This document shows, piece by piece, positions 1 through 9,299 of a stretch of DNA of 64,000 nt. Location: NCBI GenBank assembly GCA_035361955.1, contig DAOSDC010000004.1, positions 14,916-78,915 of the forward strand, written 5' to 3'. Positions within the stretch are counted from its first letter, which is position 1. Each line of letters starts with the position of its first letter. This DNA comes from Bacilli bacterium. Its GTDB lineage: Bacteria; Bacillota_I; Bacilli_A; RFN20; CAG-826. The notes below the pieces were generated by a model. The model worked only from the letters and a program-made list of their open reading frames with translations. It did not search any database and was not told where the DNA came from. A program made the position numbers and the translations under genes.

Positions 1-1
1 G

Positions 2-793
2 AAAACGACCGTCGATGGCACCAATTTGTACTTTGCCGTCAGTTATGAAGCCTTAGCGATTGCCAGTACCGATCAATTTGGTGTCACCTTTGGCGCGTTA
101 GCGTCTGGTTGGGATGGCTGGGGACTTTCTGGCGTTCCGTTTGTCGCCGCTTATGAAGCGGAAAAAGGTGGCGGTTTCGTCGCTCCCGAAATCCCCCACA
201 AATACATTCGCGTTTTATCAAATGGCGCCCTGACTTGGACGCTTAATGATGGCTCGTTTGTGTCACGCGACACCTTAACCGGTGGTTACCGCGTACTTGA
301 AAGCAACTTCGGTGGCAAATTCTTCTCCGGTGGCATTTCCTTTAAGGCACGCCATGGGGCAACGGGTATTGAATTCGTATTTACGGCTCCCGTGAATTTT
401 GAAACCCACCACAAGATCGAACTCTTTATCGACACTGGTTGGGCCAATGCCGGTCAAGACGCATCCACGCGTCGCATCGACATTTGGGCTAACAGCGACG
501 TCATCGCCGGAGTCGAAAAGAACGTTGATGGCGCTGTGATCAGCGTCAACGTGCTTTACACCACGCTCGATATCAGCGCGACCGATCAAATCGGTTTCTC
601 AGTTGGTATTTGGAACCAAAGCGCAGTTGACTGGGATGGTTGGGGCTATGGCGGCGCTCCATTTGCGACGGCCTATGAAACGGCCTATGGCAATACGTTC
701 ATCGCGCCAGAACATGCGAACCGCTACATCCGCTTATTATCAGATGATTCATTAACATTTACCTTAGCGAATTTCTCGTTCTACCACGCCTAA
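2..793 (+). CDS. 5'-truncated ORF whose frame is open to the window edge (the track's 26..793 is only the first Met). It is the C-terminal part of a secreted protein with two copies of a ~110-aa internal repeat (SGWDGWG...YIRVLSNGALTWTL and VDWDGWG...YIRLLSDDSLTFTL), probably a carbohydrate-binding repeat.
   Basis: The frame continues from nt 2 with no upstream stop. The internal duplication is visible in the translation. The gene ends 15 nt before the RBS of the next glycoside-hydrolase gene. No catalytic motif is recognisable. Confidence 0.5.
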   Translation, partial: KTTVDGTNLYFAVSYEALAIASTDQFGVTFGALASGWDGWGLSGVPFVAAYEAEKGGGFVAPEIPHKYIRVLSNGALTWTLNDGSFVSRDTLTGGYRVLESNFGGKFFSGGISFKARHGATGIEFVFTAPVNFETHHKIELFIDTGWANAGQDASTRRIDIWANSDVIAGVEKNVDGAVISVNVLYTTLDISATDQIGFSVGIWNQSAVDWDGWGYGGAPFATAYETAYGNTFIAPEHANRYIRLLSDDSLTFTLANFSFYHA

Positions 794-808
794 GTAAGGG
801 AGGTCTCG

Positions 809-3244
809 ATGAGAAAGACAAAAATTATCATATCGCTGACGCTAGCTATGCTTCTAGCGTCTTGCACAAGTTTATCGACTAGCAGCAGTTCCTCGGAGGG
901 GAGTTCGCTCCCCTCCTCCCTACCCGATGGAGTAACCGAACCAGTTGCTCCCGAAGTACGCAATCTTTACGAAAATAGTTTTGGTGAAGACCGCATTCCT
1001 GATCAGTGGGACGCTTATGGGGTCGGTGATCCGTTCGTGTACCGCTACAATGGCGTTTACTACTTATATGTTTCGACCAAGGACTCGGAAACCGGCGTCC
1101 GTGGTTGGAAGAGTCTTGACCTTGTCAATTGGGAAAAAATCACTGGAACCGGCCTTGAAGAAGGTTATGTCAGCGATGATCCGATTACCAAAGCGGCTTA
1201 CGCTCCCGAGGTCATGTATCTAAACGGCAAGTTTTACATGTTGACTTCACCTGGTGGCAATGGACATTACATGCTGCGTGCCGATGCCCCCGAAGGACCA
1301 TTTGTGGCCATCACCGGCAATTTCGGACAGTCGATTGATGGAAGTTTCTTCCAAGACGATGACGAAAAGATTTACATGACGCGGTCAAATTCGGGTAACA
1401 TCCGGATTGCACAGCTGAAGTCGGACTGGACGGCCAACACCTTGACTTTAAAGACGCTTGACAACACCCAAATCGGTAATTGGACCGAAGGGTCATACAT
1501 CTTGCGCCGCCACGGCATCAACTATATTACATACACGGGCACGCACGTGACCTCAGCCGGTTACCGCGTCGGTTATAGTTGGAGTGAAAGTTCACCGATT
1601 GCTCCTGCCGCCTATACTCAAGACCAAAACAACATCATCTTATCGACGAGTCCCGACTTCAATGGTTTGGGCCATAGCGCAACCGTGCTTGGTCCGGATA
1701 TGGACAGTCATTACATCGTCTACCACAACTTACTAAACTCCGGCGGTCCGATTCGGGCTTACTCGATGAATCGTTTATTCTTCAACGGCACCGACATGAT
1801 GGCCTCTAATGTTAAACGGACAGGCAACATCGTGCCAAGTATGGCTGCTTTTTCAAGCCATGACGCCGCTACGGATTTGGATGTCTCTGGTGCGTTCTTA
1901 TTATCAGAAATGACCACTGGTGATCAATTTACCGCCGAATGGAACTTTACCGGAACTGCGGGACAAGCGGTGTTTGCCTATAATTCGGACACCGACTACT
2001 CCTACATTTCTTGGAACGGAACCACCATTGAAGTTCACAAAGTCGACGGAAGTGATAATTTGCTACACTCCGTCGCCTTGAAGAGCACCCATCCAACCGA
2101 TGTCTTACATACATTTAGAGTCATCTACCGCGATGGTTTGCTTGATTTACAATACGACAACATGACCAAAATATCCGGTCTTGAAGTCGCCCTTGAGCCA
2201 GGAAAAATCGGTTACAAGGACTTTGCCGCCAACGTGATTGGCTACACCGGCTTTTCGCACCATGCCCGTGGCAGTTCCGATAACGCCGAATTCAAACAGG
2301 AAAAAGCGCTCGCCAATAGTTTCGATATTGAACATAGCGAATTCGACAATGGTTCGACGCTCAAAAAACTGACGACGGGATTTGTTTCTCCCTCAGTTAA
2401 GACGGGGTCTTATGACCTTGATTTAAAATCTGGTGACAAAGCGCGCTATCTCCACTATTTCGATGAAGAAGGTTACTATAGCCTATCGATGGCTGTGCCA
2501 GTTTCAATGATGGGTAAATACGTGACCATTAGCATCGATGAAACCGTAAAACGGATGCAAGTGCCAACTTACGAAGTTGACGCCAGCGTCGAGTACATTC
2601 AAGCCGAGTTAGGACGCTTCCCGATTCATAAGGGCAGCCACTATGTCAGTTTCACCGCCGAAGACGGCATCCAATTAAATAGCTACACGTTTGACGTGGC
2701 CACGGATTCAACCGAATCATTTGATCACGACTTAACGACGCTTGGAGGCGACGCCATGCTCTATGCCAACGTGTGGAAAATTAAAAACGGCGGCCACTAT
2801 GCAACCAGCGGTAACCGCCAATTGCTCTACATCGGCAAGCCGACCATCAGAGACGCAACAATTGAAGCCGATTTAAACTTCGATGGTGCAACCGCGGCTT
2901 CGACAGCCGGATTCTTGCTACGAGCTGGTAACGAAGCGTTCTCGGTCCACGAGAATAACGATTCGATTCAAGGTTATTACGTGGCGCTGAATAACGCCCA
3001 AATTTCACTACGTCGCAAAGACTACAACTGGACGCGCATCCTTGATTCAGCCGGGGGCACGTTTGCCTCAGGTAGCGACCACACTTTGCGTGTCTCGATT
3101 TCTGGTAATCGCATCATTATCAGCGTCAACGGCGTTGAATATCTAAACATCGTCGACCCAAGCCCATTTGGCACCGGCCATTTTGGGTTATACACCGATG
3201 GCGCGGCGACCACCTATAAGAACTTAAGCATTACGCTTGGATAG
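809..3244 (+). CDS. Surface lipoprotein: GH43-like five-bladed beta-propeller glycoside hydrolase with a C-terminal DUF1080/LamG-like (3-keto-disaccharide hydrolase-type) jelly-roll domain
   Basis: RBS AGGGAGG 7 nt upstream. Lipobox LLASC followed by a Ser-rich linker. GH43-type motifs GDPFVYRYNGVYYLY, YAPEVMYLNGKFYML and IDGSFFQDDDEKIYM. C-terminal ...GHFGLYTDGAATTYKNLSI, typical of DUF1080. Confidence 0.7.
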   Translation: MRKTKIIISLTLAMLLASCTSLSTSSSSSEGSSLPSSLPDGVTEPVAPEVRNLYENSFGEDRIPDQWDAYGVGDPFVYRYNGVYYLYVSTKDSETGVRGWKSLDLVNWEKITGTGLEEGYVSDDPITKAAYAPEVMYLNGKFYMLTSPGGNGHYMLRADAPEGPFVAITGNFGQSIDGSFFQDDDEKIYMTRSNSGNIRIAQLKSDWTANTLTLKTLDNTQIGNWTEGSYILRRHGINYITYTGTHVTSAGYRVGYSWSESSPIAPAAYTQDQNNIILSTSPDFNGLGHSATVLGPDMDSHYIVYHNLLNSGGPIRAYSMNRLFFNGTDMMASNVKRTGNIVPSMAAFSSHDAATDLDVSGAFLLSEMTTGDQFTAEWNFTGTAGQAVFAYNSDTDYSYISWNGTTIEVHKVDGSDNLLHSVALKSTHPTDVLHTFRVIYRDGLLDLQYDNMTKISGLEVALEPGKIGYKDFAANVIGYTGFSHHARGSSDNAEFKQEKALANSFDIEHSEFDNGSTLKKLTTGFVSPSVKTGSYDLDLKSGDKARYLHYFDEEGYYSLSMAVPVSMMGKYVTISIDETVKRMQVPTYEVDASVEYIQAELGRFPIHKGSHYVSFTAEDGIQLNSYTFDVATDSTESFDHDLTTLGGDAMLYANVWKIKNGGHYATSGNRQLLYIGKPTIRDATIEADLNFDGATAASTAGFLLRAGNEAFSVHENNDSIQGYYVALNNAQISLRRKDYNWTRILDSAGGTFASGSDHTLRVSISGNRIIISVNGVEYLNIVDPSPFGTGHFGLYTDGAATTYKNLSITLG

Positions 3245-3253
3245 AGCAACCGA

Positions 3254-3285
3254 CCATCCCGCCCTCACAAAGCGGGATGGTTTTT
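3254..3285 (+). terminator. Rho-independent terminator: 9-bp perfect stem ccatcccgc/gcgggatgg, 9-nt loop, then TTTTT
   Basis: The inverted repeat and T-run are read directly from the sequence, between the two GH43-like paralogs. Confidence 0.7.
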
Positions 3286-3299
3286 GCTACCCTAATATC

Positions 3300-5729
3300 A
3301 TGAAACAAGTTAAAAAACATATCAAAATACCGCTACTTTCAATTCTGATGCTCATTTCCGCTTGTGGAAGTAGTTCGTCATCTATAATTGCCCAAGATTA
3401 TTCGGGCAACCCTTTCATTGACACTTCAGGGTTAAGAACAAATCTTAGCACCTTTAATAATTCTTTTGATGCCGACCAGATTCCCAATCAATGGCCCAAT
3501 TACGGCATTGGTGATCCATATGTGTATCGGTATAATGGAACTTACTATTTATATCCATCGACATCTAGTCGTGGCGTCCGTGCTTATAAATCATATGATT
3601 TGATGAATTGGGAACCAGTGACTGGTGAGGGTCTTCCCTATGGTTATGTACTTAGCCCCGATTATGATTCGACGATTGTCGCCTATGCCCCAGAAGTCGT
3701 CTATAACGACGGCTGGTTCTACATGTGCCAATCGCAGGCGGGCACCGGGCATTATTTTTATAAATCACGGTCTCCCGAAGGACCGTTTATCCCATATACA
3801 GGCAATGTCGGTGAATCGATTGACGGGAGCTTTTTCATCGATAACGATGGGCAGGCATATTTTTTAAGAGCCAAAGCCGAAACGATTCGCATGATTAAAT
3901 TCAACGAAGACTTTACGCTTTCCAATCAGGCATTTGATATTCAAAACACTTCAATGGGAGGCTGGACAGAAGGTCCCTATATGCTCAGCCTTAATGGCAC
4001 GTATTATTTAACATTCACCGGTGTTCACGTTGCTAGCGCCGGATACAAAGTCGGATATAGTTACATGAATGGCAGCGACACCGTGTTCGTACGCGATGGC
4101 TTCGCGCGTGGCGATAACATCTTAATGAATACCGATACCAACTGGCATACACTGGGCCATTCCTCGACTACACTTGGACCAGATATGGATTCGTATTATA
4201 TCGCCTATCATTCGCGTACAAGCGGTGTCCACGGACGCCACTTTAATTTATCGCGATTGTTATTCAACGGCACCGAAATGGCGGTTGATCGTCCCTCACT
4301 GACTGGAACGGTCATTCCTAATTTGCCCGATTTTTATACCCATGAGCCACTTGAAGACTTAGAACAATCGGGAAGTTTCTTATTAAGTTCACAGGAAACG
4401 AACGAAACATTCACGGCCGAATGGAACTTTATCGGTTCGTCTGGACGTTACGTTTTTTCCCAAATTGACAGCAACAATTATAACTACGTGACATTTGATG
4501 GGGAGGAAGTGACGCTTCGCGAAGTTAACGATGGAGTCGATTCCTTGATTCACAAGATTGATTTGAATAAATCCTACGACACGAGCGTCCTCCATTCGCT
4601 GCGCGTTGGCTATAGTGAGGGAAAACTCGATTTATACTTTGATAACATGCAAAAGCTTGATGACTTCGCATTTGAAATTGTCGGTGGGAAAATCGGCTAC
4701 CATGGCACAGGATTTACTCCCTATTACACGGCTTTTTCGAATGCGGCCCAAGGCAATTCCGACAAAACGTATTCCAAACAACAAATCGCTTACGCAAACG
4801 CTTATGACAAAAATGTTTCATCATTGTCTAACTCGACACTCGCGCCGATTCTTGCGCCACTACAACAAGATGATGAATTCAATGGTAAAGTAGCGAGCAA
4901 TGTGCTGAAACTACGCGGCAACGATCACGCCTCGATGCGCATATACGTTAACGAGACCGGAACTTATCAAGTGACAATGCGTGTTAGTCGCGAATCACTC
5001 GGAAAACGGATGGCGCTTAAGGTCGATAACGGAAATCCGATTGAAATTACCTTGCCCCACTATGACATCGACGCTCCGTATATAAATGTTAATGTAACTA
5101 ATCTCACATTAACAAAAGGCGAACATTATTTATCAATCGTCCGTCGCCAAGACATCGATTTCGTTGCACTTAAATTTGATGAAACAGTAAACCAAACCGG
5201 AGCATATGAAAACTCATTGACAACACTTGATGGCACGATTGACATTCGCGGAGCGGGTTATGATGTATCTGAAAATGGACTGACATCAAGAACTGATCGC
5301 AGCATTGCCTTCATTGACAAAGTTGGCTATACCGATGTTGAAGTATCGGTTCAAATGACATTTAATGGCAGTTCCTCATTTAATTCTTCGGGCATCGTTG
5401 TGCGCGCCGATAACGATGCATATGGACAATGGGATGATATCAATTCGCTTCAAGGCTATTATTTTGGCGTCAAAAACACCCAAGCGTTTCTTATCAGAGC
5501 CGACTATCAGGCGATGTCAAAACAGTTAGCTATCAACTTTGCCAATGTCCCATCAGATCAGGCCGTTACTTTAAAGGTGATTGCAAAAGACAATCAGTTG
5601 ACCTTCTATGTCGATGATGTCGAAGAATTTTCAATTATTGATCCTAACGCCTATTATCGTGGAAGAATTGGCCTTTACACGACTGGTGCTTCCACGACAT
5701 TTAAAAACATTTTAATTACGCCAATTTAA
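3300..5729 (+). CDS. Surface lipoprotein, a paralog of the preceding gene: GH43-like beta-propeller plus C-terminal DUF1080-like domain
   Basis: The true start is taken at ATG 3300 (MKQVKKHIKIPLLSILMLISAC, lipobox LISAC). The track ORF from 3237 would include the terminator hairpin. Motifs GDPYVYRYNGTYYLY, YAPEVVYNDGWFYM and IDGSFFIDNDGQAYF. C-terminal GRIGLYTTGASTTFKNILI. Confidence 0.7.
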   Translation: MKQVKKHIKIPLLSILMLISACGSSSSSIIAQDYSGNPFIDTSGLRTNLSTFNNSFDADQIPNQWPNYGIGDPYVYRYNGTYYLYPSTSSRGVRAYKSYDLMNWEPVTGEGLPYGYVLSPDYDSTIVAYAPEVVYNDGWFYMCQSQAGTGHYFYKSRSPEGPFIPYTGNVGESIDGSFFIDNDGQAYFLRAKAETIRMIKFNEDFTLSNQAFDIQNTSMGGWTEGPYMLSLNGTYYLTFTGVHVASAGYKVGYSYMNGSDTVFVRDGFARGDNILMNTDTNWHTLGHSSTTLGPDMDSYYIAYHSRTSGVHGRHFNLSRLLFNGTEMAVDRPSLTGTVIPNLPDFYTHEPLEDLEQSGSFLLSSQETNETFTAEWNFIGSSGRYVFSQIDSNNYNYVTFDGEEVTLREVNDGVDSLIHKIDLNKSYDTSVLHSLRVGYSEGKLDLYFDNMQKLDDFAFEIVGGKIGYHGTGFTPYYTAFSNAAQGNSDKTYSKQQIAYANAYDKNVSSLSNSTLAPILAPLQQDDEFNGKVASNVLKLRGNDHASMRIYVNETGTYQVTMRVSRESLGKRMALKVDNGNPIEITLPHYDIDAPYINVNVTNLTLTKGEHYLSIVRRQDIDFVALKFDETVNQTGAYENSLTTLDGTIDIRGAGYDVSENGLTSRTDRSIAFIDKVGYTDVEVSVQMTFNGSSSFNSSGIVVRADNDAYGQWDDINSLQGYYFGVKNTQAFLIRADYQAMSKQLAINFANVPSDQAVTLKVIAKDNQLTFYVDDVEEFSIIDPNAYYRGRIGLYTTGASTTFKNILITPI

Positions 5730-5754
5730 CATTTATTTATTATTTAAAGAAATA

Positions 5755-5786
5755 AGCCCCATGACTTTTTGGTCAGGGGCTTTTTA
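5755..5786 (+). terminator. Rho-independent terminator (agccccatgac / gtcaggggct stem, then TTTTT)
   Basis: A GC-rich hairpin plus T-run lies 25 nt after the stop of the second GH43-like gene. Confidence 0.7.
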
Positions 5787-5796
5787 AATAAAGAAA

Positions 5797-5827
5797 AACC
5801 ACAGCCTTGCTGGACCATGCTGTGGTT
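5797..5827 (-). terminator. Terminator for the minus-strand aldolase pair (aaccacagc/gctgtggtt stem; on the minus strand it is followed by TTTTT)
   Basis: A 9-bp inverted repeat with an A-run on its plus-strand 5' side (a T-run on the minus strand). It sits 12 nt past the aldolase stop. Confidence 0.6.
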
Positions 5828-5839
5828 TAAAGGAGGAAA

Positions 5840-6781
5840 CTAGTCTTTGGCGTGTCCGGCCGAACCGAATACGTTAATCATTTTATCAGCGACAAGTGAA
5901 GTGATCGATTCGAGCCCGGCGTTAATAATTAGGCGGGCATCGTATGATTCGGGATGTTCCACCAACACTTTGCGTAGACCCCCTACATAAGCGACGCGAA
6001 TGTCGGTTCCGACATTGATTTTGCAAATAGCGTGGCTTGACGCTTTGCGAAGCATTGGTTCGGGGATGCCAACGGCTTCTTCCATTTGGCCACCATATTT
6101 ATTCAATAATTCAAGCGAAGCTTTGGGAACGCTGGACGCCCCGTGAAGCACAAGCGGGAAGCCTGGTAGTTTCTGTTCGATTTCTTCAAGGATGTCAAAA
6201 CGAAGTTGTGGTTCTTGGCCCGGTTTGAATTTAAATGCGCCATGCGCGGTCCCGATGGCAATGGCTAAACTATCGATACCGGTTTTGGACACGAACTCAA
6301 TCACATCGTCGGGATGGGTGAAATGTCCATATTTATCATCGACGTGAATGTCTTCTTCGATGCCGGCGATGGCTCCAAGTTCGCTTTCGACGACGACGCC
6401 ACGAGCATGAGCGTAGTCGACGACTTCCTTGGTGATTTTAATATTCGTTTCAAAATCGTGTTCGGAGGCATCAATCATCACGCTGGTGAAACCTAAATCG
6501 ACGCATTCTTTGCACATAGCCGCGCCTTTGCCGTGGTCAAGATGGAGTACGACAGGTACGGTAATTGTTTTCATCGCACAGTCAAGGACGCTACGAATGT
6601 ATTCTTTTCCAATGAATTTAAGCGCGCCTCCTGAAATTGCGATGATGACCGGTGATTGTGTTTTCTCGGCCGCGTTTAACACCGCCTTGAGAATGTCGAC
6701 GTTATCGACATTGAAAGCACCAATCGCGTACTTTCCTTTGTAAGCTTTTTCGAACATGAGTTTTGATGTGACTAATGGCAT
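5840..6781 (-). CDS. fba: Class II (metal-dependent) fructose/ketose-1,6-bisphosphate aldolase
   Basis: N-terminal MPLVTSKLMFEKA...GAFNV. HLDHG motif. The overall FbaA/GatY/KbaY family pattern is present. Confidence 0.8.
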   Translation of the reverse strand: MPLVTSKLMFEKAYKGKYAIGAFNVDNVDILKAVLNAAEKTQSPVIIAISGGALKFIGKEYIRSVLDCAMKTITVPVVLHLDHGKGAAMCKECVDLGFTSVMIDASEHDFETNIKITKEVVDYAHARGVVVESELGAIAGIEEDIHVDDKYGHFTHPDDVIEFVSKTGIDSLAIAIGTAHGAFKFKPGQEPQLRFDILEEIEQKLPGFPLVLHGASSVPKASLELLNKYGGQMEEAVGIPEPMLRKASSHAICKINVGTDIRVAYVGGLRKVLVEHPESYDARLIINAGLESITSLVADKMINVFGSAGHAKD

Positions 6782-6808
6782 TTGATGTTCCTCCTTATGC
6801 GTTTTCGT

Positions 6809-7732
6809 CTAGATACGATTGACGCTGTTGAACACATGCATCAATTTATACTTAACTAATTGTTTGACCGCTTCTTTGGCGGGAGCCAAGAAGATGCGTG
6901 GTTCGAAGTTTGATGGATGATTTGCCAACGCTTCGCGTAGTGCGGTAATGTAAGTCATCCGAAAGTCAGTCGCGATATTGATTTTGCTGACGTTGATATG
7001 CATCGCTTGGATCAATAATTGCTCAGGTATGCCGCCGGCTTCTTTGATTTGGCCCCCATATTGATTGAATTTTGCTAATAGATCTGGGTCGATGTGACTG
7101 GCACCATGAAGCACAAGCGGGAAAGAAGGTAACTCTGCTTTTATTTTTTTGAGAATGTCGTAGCGGATATGTGGCACTTCATTCGCAAGAAATTTTTGGA
7201 GTCCATGGCCGGTACCAACGGACACAGCCAGGCAGTCCACACCCGTTTCTTTTATAAAACGGATTGCTTGCTCGGGATTGGTATAGCGCGTTTCTTCACT
7301 TCTGGTGGCATGGGCATCAAGTGGGCCGAGTTCGGCTTCCACCGTAGCTCCCTTCGCGTGTGCGTATGTGCATAAATCTTTTGTTAAAGCGACGTTGGTG
7401 TCGAAATCTAGACCCGAACCATCAAACATCACGCTGGTGAAGCCCTCGTCGATGCACTCTTTACAAAGGTCGATACTATGGCCGTGATCAAGGTGTAGCG
7501 CAAAGGGAATCTTCATATTTGCGGATATGACATTAACCATATCCTTAATATTGCCCGGGTGCATAAACGCGCGCGAACCTTTCGAAAGCGATAGCATCAC
7601 TGGTGAGTTCAGTTCATCGGCCGCTTCTAAAACTGCCTGGGCCATGGCAATGGAATCGATGTTGAAACAACCGATGGCATAACCGTTGGCAGTGGCCTTC
7701 GCTAACATTTCTTTGGCGTTTACAAGGGGCAT
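6809..7732 (-). CDS. Second class II ketose-bisphosphate aldolase paralog (FBA, tagatose-bisP or related aldolase)
   Basis: MPLVNAKEML... start, chosen by analogy to the family N-terminus (the track ORF extends to 7768). HLDHGHS motif. It lies in tandem with the first aldolase. Confidence 0.7.
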   Translation of the reverse strand: MPLVNAKEMLAKATANGYAIGCFNIDSIAMAQAVLEAADELNSPVMLSLSKGSRAFMHPGNIKDMVNVISANMKIPFALHLDHGHSIDLCKECIDEGFTSVMFDGSGLDFDTNVALTKDLCTYAHAKGATVEAELGPLDAHATRSEETRYTNPEQAIRFIKETGVDCLAVSVGTGHGLQKFLANEVPHIRYDILKKIKAELPSFPLVLHGASHIDPDLLAKFNQYGGQIKEAGGIPEQLLIQAMHINVSKINIATDFRMTYITALREALANHPSNFEPRIFLAPAKEAVKQLVKYKLMHVFNSVNRI

Positions 7733-7918
7733 ATCCACTTTTATGCAGACGTCGTAAAGGCGTCGCATCCTTCGTGCTAACTATACATTAGCACTATTGA
7801 TTTTAAAGATAAATGAAAAAAATATAAATTTGAAAACGCTTACTAAAAAAATATTGTTTATAAAATTAAATGGTGCTAACATATTTACAGAAAGATTCTT
7901 AGGAGGATCAAAAAAAAC

Positions 7919-9190
7919 ATGAAGAGAGCATTTATAATTTTGTGCGCGTCTCTTTTCGTCGCGTCAACGGCGGTCTTAGCAGGCTGTGACAGCACGACAC
8001 CAGACGACTCGACTGCTGGCATAGTCGCCCTAGCCAGCGAAATGACGCTAGAAGAACTAGAAGCCGCGTCAGAGGCCGAAATGGAAGCTTCGACCGACAC
8101 CTTTAAAGTCGTTGGTTTGACCTCGACGCTCAGCCGCGCTGTTCAAAAAATGGCCCTTGAGTACGATTGGATCACAACCGGCGAAGGTGGTAACACCTAT
8201 GTCAACAACAGCTACAAAGACTATGCCTTGTTAACAGCGCTTGAACAAGCCGATGACAGTTACTTTGCTGACTTCGCCCTTGTCCAGGATGCTCGTAGCT
8301 TGGCAGACTATCTCGAAGAAGGCATCACAATCAACTACGTTCCCAGTGATTATGCCGAACTCGGTTTAGCAGAAGAAGATACTTATCCGTTAAAAGGTTT
8401 GTATTTCAACAAAATCTTCTTCAGTAACAAGGACCTGAATGTCGATCTCCATAACGTTTGGCAATTAGCGGGTTCACCGGACGATGAAGATCATCTTGAT
8501 AACCTGTCTTTCCAAAGCCCAATTACAGAACAAATCAATATGTCGTTTATTCTCAGTCTCTACGACGAAGCGAATGAAGCACGTCTTTTAGACGCGTATG
8601 AATCATACTATGGCGAAGAATGGGAAGCCAGCGATGACTATACCACCGTTGCCGACCAATTCGTTCATGAATTTATCTCAAATATCTCCCGTTGGCACAC
8701 ATCTGATGGCACGGCTATGAAAGATACCCAAGCGAATGAAGTTCCCGTCGAAGGACAAGATCCATTCGTTTACTATGGCGCATTTGCTAAAATGAAAGAT
8801 GCCGCCGGAACAGGTACCATGGATTCCGTCAAATGGGATCACGAGATTGAAGGTTTCAATGGTTTCATGTACGCGATGTACAGCCAAGTCGTCAAGAACG
8901 CCAAACATCCGTACACTGCTTGTTTATTCGCTCGCTATTTCTTAACGCCGGATTGCTATGAATATGTTATTTATAACTCCAGCACCCCGAATTCGCTAGG
9001 CGAAGCGGCTAATATGTACGGCTACTACTACCCAGCCGCTTCAGAAACTGTCGGCGTCAACGATCTTGACTGGTCGAAGGCCGAATGGATTGATGCGTCA
9101 ATTAATGAAGACTTCAACTTCCTCAAGACGATTAAAGCCGCTCAAGTCAACTCGATTCTTGCGTTAGTGGCCAGCAACAAAAAGGCTTAA
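7919..9190 (+). CDS. Acidic lipoprotein, putative ABC substrate-binding protein
   Basis: Signal peptide plus lipobox LAGCD. It lies immediately upstream of a fused double permease and an ATPase. There are no strong family motifs, so the SBP role is inferred from context. Confidence 0.45.
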   Translation: MKRAFIILCASLFVASTAVLAGCDSTTPDDSTAGIVALASEMTLEELEAASEAEMEASTDTFKVVGLTSTLSRAVQKMALEYDWITTGEGGNTYVNNSYKDYALLTALEQADDSYFADFALVQDARSLADYLEEGITINYVPSDYAELGLAEEDTYPLKGLYFNKIFFSNKDLNVDLHNVWQLAGSPDDEDHLDNLSFQSPITEQINMSFILSLYDEANEARLLDAYESYYGEEWEASDDYTTVADQFVHEFISNISRWHTSDGTAMKDTQANEVPVEGQDPFVYYGAFAKMKDAAGTGTMDSVKWDHEIEGFNGFMYAMYSQVVKNAKHPYTACLFARYFLTPDCYEYVIYNSSTPNSLGEAANMYGYYYPAASETVGVNDLDWSKAEWIDASINEDFNFLKTIKAAQVNSILALVASNKKA

Positions 9191-9238
9191 TTAAAGCCAA
9201 ACCGCAAACAACAGCTCTTAGAAACTTTTAAGCCACAA

Positions 9239-9271
9239 ACGGGGGAAATCGTAATTAATGGTTTCCCCCGT
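9239..9271 (+). promoter_or_regulatory. Intercistronic stem-loop (10-bp perfect stem acgggggaaa/tttcccccgt) between the SBP and permease genes; it may set differential mRNA stability or attenuate read-through
   Basis: The inverted repeat is seen directly. No clean U-run follows it, so it is a weak terminator at best. Confidence 0.4.
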
Positions 9272-9299
9272 TATTCCTATCAATAGGTAAGGACAGCAC

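Noticed and set aside
3237-3299. Longer start for the second GH43-like gene as given in the ORF track (MDRATDHPALTKRDGF...)
   Set aside because: This N-terminal extension overlaps the strong terminator hairpin 3254-3285. It also precedes a perfect lipoprotein signal that starts at ATG 3300.
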